Below, piece after piece: positions 60,231 to 64,000 of a stretch of DNA of 64,000 nucleotides (position 1 is its first letter; the number at the start of each line of letters is the position of its first letter). This DNA is from Antedon mediterranea. Lineage: Eukaryota; Animalia; Echinodermata. Where the stretch lies: contig NC_092672.1 of assembly GCF_964355755.1 (NCBI RefSeq), positions 27,720,437 through 27,784,436 on the forward strand, given 5' to 3'. The translations under genes and the position numbers were made by a program. The notes below the pieces were generated by a model that did no database searches, was not told the origin of the DNA, and worked only from the letters and a program-made list of their open reading frames with translations.

Positions 60231-62167
60231 GGTATTTCAAATCCACGCGTCGTCATTGGTCAAATTATTTCTTTCTTTGTGTTGCGTCGTATTGGGAACC
60301 TGGCTTTGTATATAAATTATTTTGTTTGCAGCGTCCAGAAATGGTTTTCCAGATTGGTATATAACAAAAAAGAACATGCATATTGATTGTCAGGAAAATC
60401 GGTATATCGGTGACGTCATAAAAGCTTATAATATTATTCTATATATATTCTATATATTATCTTCATGGGCGAAAATATTAAATAACACGTCCTCGGTGTC
60501 GCTATCTCCAATTTGCCATGTATAATTTGATGGTGTTTGTTTACATAAACATCTTTAGCTTCATGTTTTTATAGCCATGTCAGTTTTGTTGTTAAAGAAT
60601 AAAATATGTACGTATGTATATTATGTATGTACATAATAGAAAAATACAATTACTGTTTTTTCGACAACTTTATTTAAGCGTTAAATTACGTTTACATTGT
60701 AACTAAGATACCGTTGAAATAAACAATTTAAGTTACCTAGATACAATGCGTAATCAATAATCATCTTCTTCAATTGACTACACCATTTAACAATTAGCAA
60801 TAACAAAATACTTATTTAAACACGGTAACTTATTATGTTTTCGTGAACTCAAATTCCATGATTTAGAAGATGACATATGCCATAGCATTTTAGGTCACGG
60901 AAAAAAGCGACCGCCCTCAATACTGTAAGGGACGTTACTAAATATAGGATGTGCACTTTAATATGCCTGTAGTTTAATCCGCATAATTCACATATCCAAA
61001 ATGTGTTACAGGCTTAGTTTAGCCCTCGGCCAACTCAGAAAGCACCGAGTTTGACCTGTACTCGATCAAAGATATGCTTTATATCTACTATACGTAAGGC
61101 TAAAGTATTCACTCAATTCAACCATACGCTGGATTGTGCAAATTCTTACCGAAAGTCATAAGACATAACGTGAAATAAAATTTAAGCCATTAGCATGTTA
61201 TATATATTGTTTAAGCAATTATATCAGCGCCAGACTCAACACATATCGGACGTATGCCTATCATGATTAAGAAGAATAAATTGAACATCATTGACGTTGA
61301 AAATATTTTTAAAAAGCGCTCTCTTCTTTCGCCAATAATTGATCTCTTGACCCCAGACCCATGACCAACGTACGCGATAACTAGCAATGGTATTTGTACG
61401 TCAGGATACAGTCTGATACAGATACATATTACAGTTTGATACGCGCATGCGTAATAAGTGACTTTAACTATGTAGGAATGTGAAGATTATAGGGGTTTTT
61501 AGAATAAAAGTGCTTTGGTCTGCTACACTGATAACCATTATTTCATTGGAATGATATACAATATTAATCAAATTAGAATTATTGTAGTTAAAACAATTAT
61601 GCAATTACAATTGTAATACATTTTTAGGATTTAAAAATACGAATTATTAAATGTCATTATACGTAAGATAAATAGCAATAGCTGTACTGTAATTATTACA
61701 ATAATAATAAATATTAAGTATGTACAAAATCTAGCTACAAATATGAATATTCTTAATTGATATCATTCTTATTATTTTTACGTAGCGCTATCAGTGGCCC
61801 TGCATTTTGTAACAAGATTTTGTATATGTATGAAACGTCATGCGTGACAAAAAAAATATTATTAGGCCGAGTCGCCATTAATAGTACTACACTAGGTCGA
61901 AACATTCAAAATATTTAAGAACAATAAAAAATGATTTACTCATGTGAAAACAAAATTTAACTTTGAATAATTTATAGCAATACTTTCTGATACGCAATGC
62001 AAATACCAACCATATTACAATTAAAACATGAGTACAAACATGAGTATGAATTGAAAAGTTACATTTTCGATTAAATTTAAAAACCACAATAGGACGGAAA
62101 TCTATAATTGCATAATATTTTCGAAAGTTGAATATGACTTAGAATCGGGCGGTTGAAATGTCACGAT

Positions 62168-63896
62168 TTAGCAGCAATCTTTTTTCATTTTCAAAACTCC
62201 ATTATATTTCAGGCCACTGTCATCATCTGTTGAAAAGATAGAAATGTGTTAAGTATATTCTTGCCAGTTGATTAGTTGATTTCGTGTGACGTAGAACTGG
62301 TTATTTCGTTCTATTAAATGGTCAGCCCGTTTTTAACATTTAAGAGTGTACACTGTAGTGTAATTATTTCAGTTTTCAAACACTGAAGCAAAGACAGGTA
62401 GCTCAAGTTTGACCAATCTCAAGCGACAGTTCAGATGAGGCGCCAAATTACTCACATTGGACGTACATGACAGTGAGACCTTAGTGAGAGCTAAATAATG
62501 ATATAAACTCACACAGCCAGTTGTTTTCACTAGTTCCAGCCGTCTTGAAGTCCGGCAAACTTTTTGTCAAAGAGTCCCAGGTCTCTTTACTGATAAACAC
62601 CCACGTTGCACCATGATCTTTACTGCGCATGTAACTGCGCATGTCCATGTGAATGCCAAAGATAAGTCCTGTGAGCTGATCAGATCCAATGACATTGTGT
62701 AGGTTCATTGGTAGAGCTATTGAAGAATATTTACATGTTTATACATATTATAATGATAATAGTAGGCCTATAGGGATATATTTTTCATTTTGACATAAGA
62801 AAAATATAAAAATTATGTTCTGTTTATGGGCCTTTTTTTAATCGAAAGTGAGAAAAGGGTTGTTGTGTGGGGCTAAGCATTCAAGGAAAGATGTATTGAC
62901 AAAAGAAATGTAGGCACTACGCCTAACCATTTATTGATAATTGTCTGCAAATCCAAAAATCTCCGGGAGAAAGTGTCAGTGTTAGGACTATTACTTATCG
63001 ATTTATCAAGTTAGAGATTCCTCTTGCTGTCCATATCGATGTGTATGATGACCCGTGCCAGTTAGGCTCTAAGTATGGAAGTTCTAAATGTTTTAATATA
63101 TCAGCCAGCCTCAGGTCAGTGCTATTCTTTGAGGGACATTATAAAAACAATCCTCATTGTTTTACCTTTCCAGCGTCCATCTGGTGGATTATCTTGTACA
63201 TAGCAGGACGGAACAACATTGTCTGATAGACGTCCAACTGAAGGGTTACAAGCAAAAATGACTTCGTTATCCGGATCATCCAACTTTTTAGTTATGACAA
63301 AACCCTGGTCATAATAATCTGTCGAAATAATAAAAAAAACCTGGATAAATTAAAAGCTAACGCAATCCACAAGGCCTTATTCTGCGATTAATTACATTGT
63401 GTGGAAAACATCTTGTTGATGTCGTGTTGATGCTTCGAAAAATTGCTAAAAGTCACATGGATAGAAACCAAACCATGTTAAGATGATAGAATAGGAACGA
63501 AGAGTGCTCGGAGAGTGTATAATAACATTATACTACACTGTTTTGTTTAGTCAGAATGTTCGGAGTTCTTGTCTCTTTTTTATATAGGTTACGCGTCAGT
63601 GTTGACAAAGTAATTTGAGTTCATAAGCAACGGAACTTCTTGTGATATATTAGCTATGACGTCAGCACTTTTTATTCCAAACTTACCTGGAACTGGGCAT
63701 TTACTAGGATCACTGACACACACAGTATGTTTTCCGTTTTCACACTTATGAGCACCAGCCACGCAAGCATCGCACTGGCTAGATCCCCCATCATAATGGC
63801 AGACGTCTGTCTGAGATTCGGTCCATTTGCTGTACCTCATCACTGCTTCTTTTGCAGGTCCTACTACTGGTTCTGGTATACCCTCATTTCCCTCCT
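62168..63896 (-). CDS. 3' end of an uncharacterised gene with a Cys-rich segment and an Asp-box/BNR motif; 4 exons: 63687-63896, 63166-63318, 62513-62716, 62168-62226
   Basis: Phase-1 AG/GT junctions splice to ..VCHYDGGSSQCDACVAGAHKC..IFACNPSVGR..SCYVQD..GRWKALP..SYMRSKDHGATW..YDDSGLKYNGVLKMKKDCC stop. Confidence 0.78.
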
Positions 63897-64000
63897 CTTA
63901 AGTAACAAGTATATAATAATGGAAATCCTTACTTATTGTGCTGAAACCCTTTTTCTACTTTATTACAATGCAGTTATAACTACTCTAATGGTTTATTGTT

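Noticed and set aside
62168-62180. Terminal CC as a Rab-type geranylgeranylation signal
   Set aside because: No GTPase features; the protein looks extracellular, so disulfides are more plausible.
63589-63686. 3' part of ORF 63589-63843 as coding
   Set aside because: A strong G|gtaagt donor at 63686 gives the right phase for the next exon; the later donor leads to an immediate stop.

Overview
AT-rich, intron-containing animal genomic DNA, probably an invertebrate deuterostome such as an echinoderm (inferred from the hyalin-type repeats). No prokaryotic genes, CRISPR arrays or RNA genes were seen. Positions 1174-45719 (+) hold the 3' part of one giant adhesion GPCR gene. I reconstructed 52 exons by hand with consistent phases, giving about 4190 aa; the start codon and signal peptide lie upstream of the window. 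Domain order: at least 38 HYR repeats, each on its own symmetric phase-1 exon, in two tandem arrays (A/B/C types, then D/E/F types), followed by EGF, Ig, SEA, HormR-like, GAIN/GPS (HL|TNFAILM), 7TM and a Ser-rich tail. The arrays record recent unequal crossing-over, decayed exons, a microhomology deletion that created tandem in-frame acceptors, and a GC-AG intron. Paralogous introns act as empty-site controls for several insertions, including recurrent TA-GCC-TA and TA-GGCC-TA micro-footprints. Introns and downstream DNA carry Helentron-type (HINE/DINE-1-like) elements, Helitrons, MITEs, an ISL2EU-like element and a decayed L1/Tx1-type LINE. The window ends in the last four exons of a minus-strand gene with an Asp-box motif. 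Family assignments come from motif recognition, not database searches.
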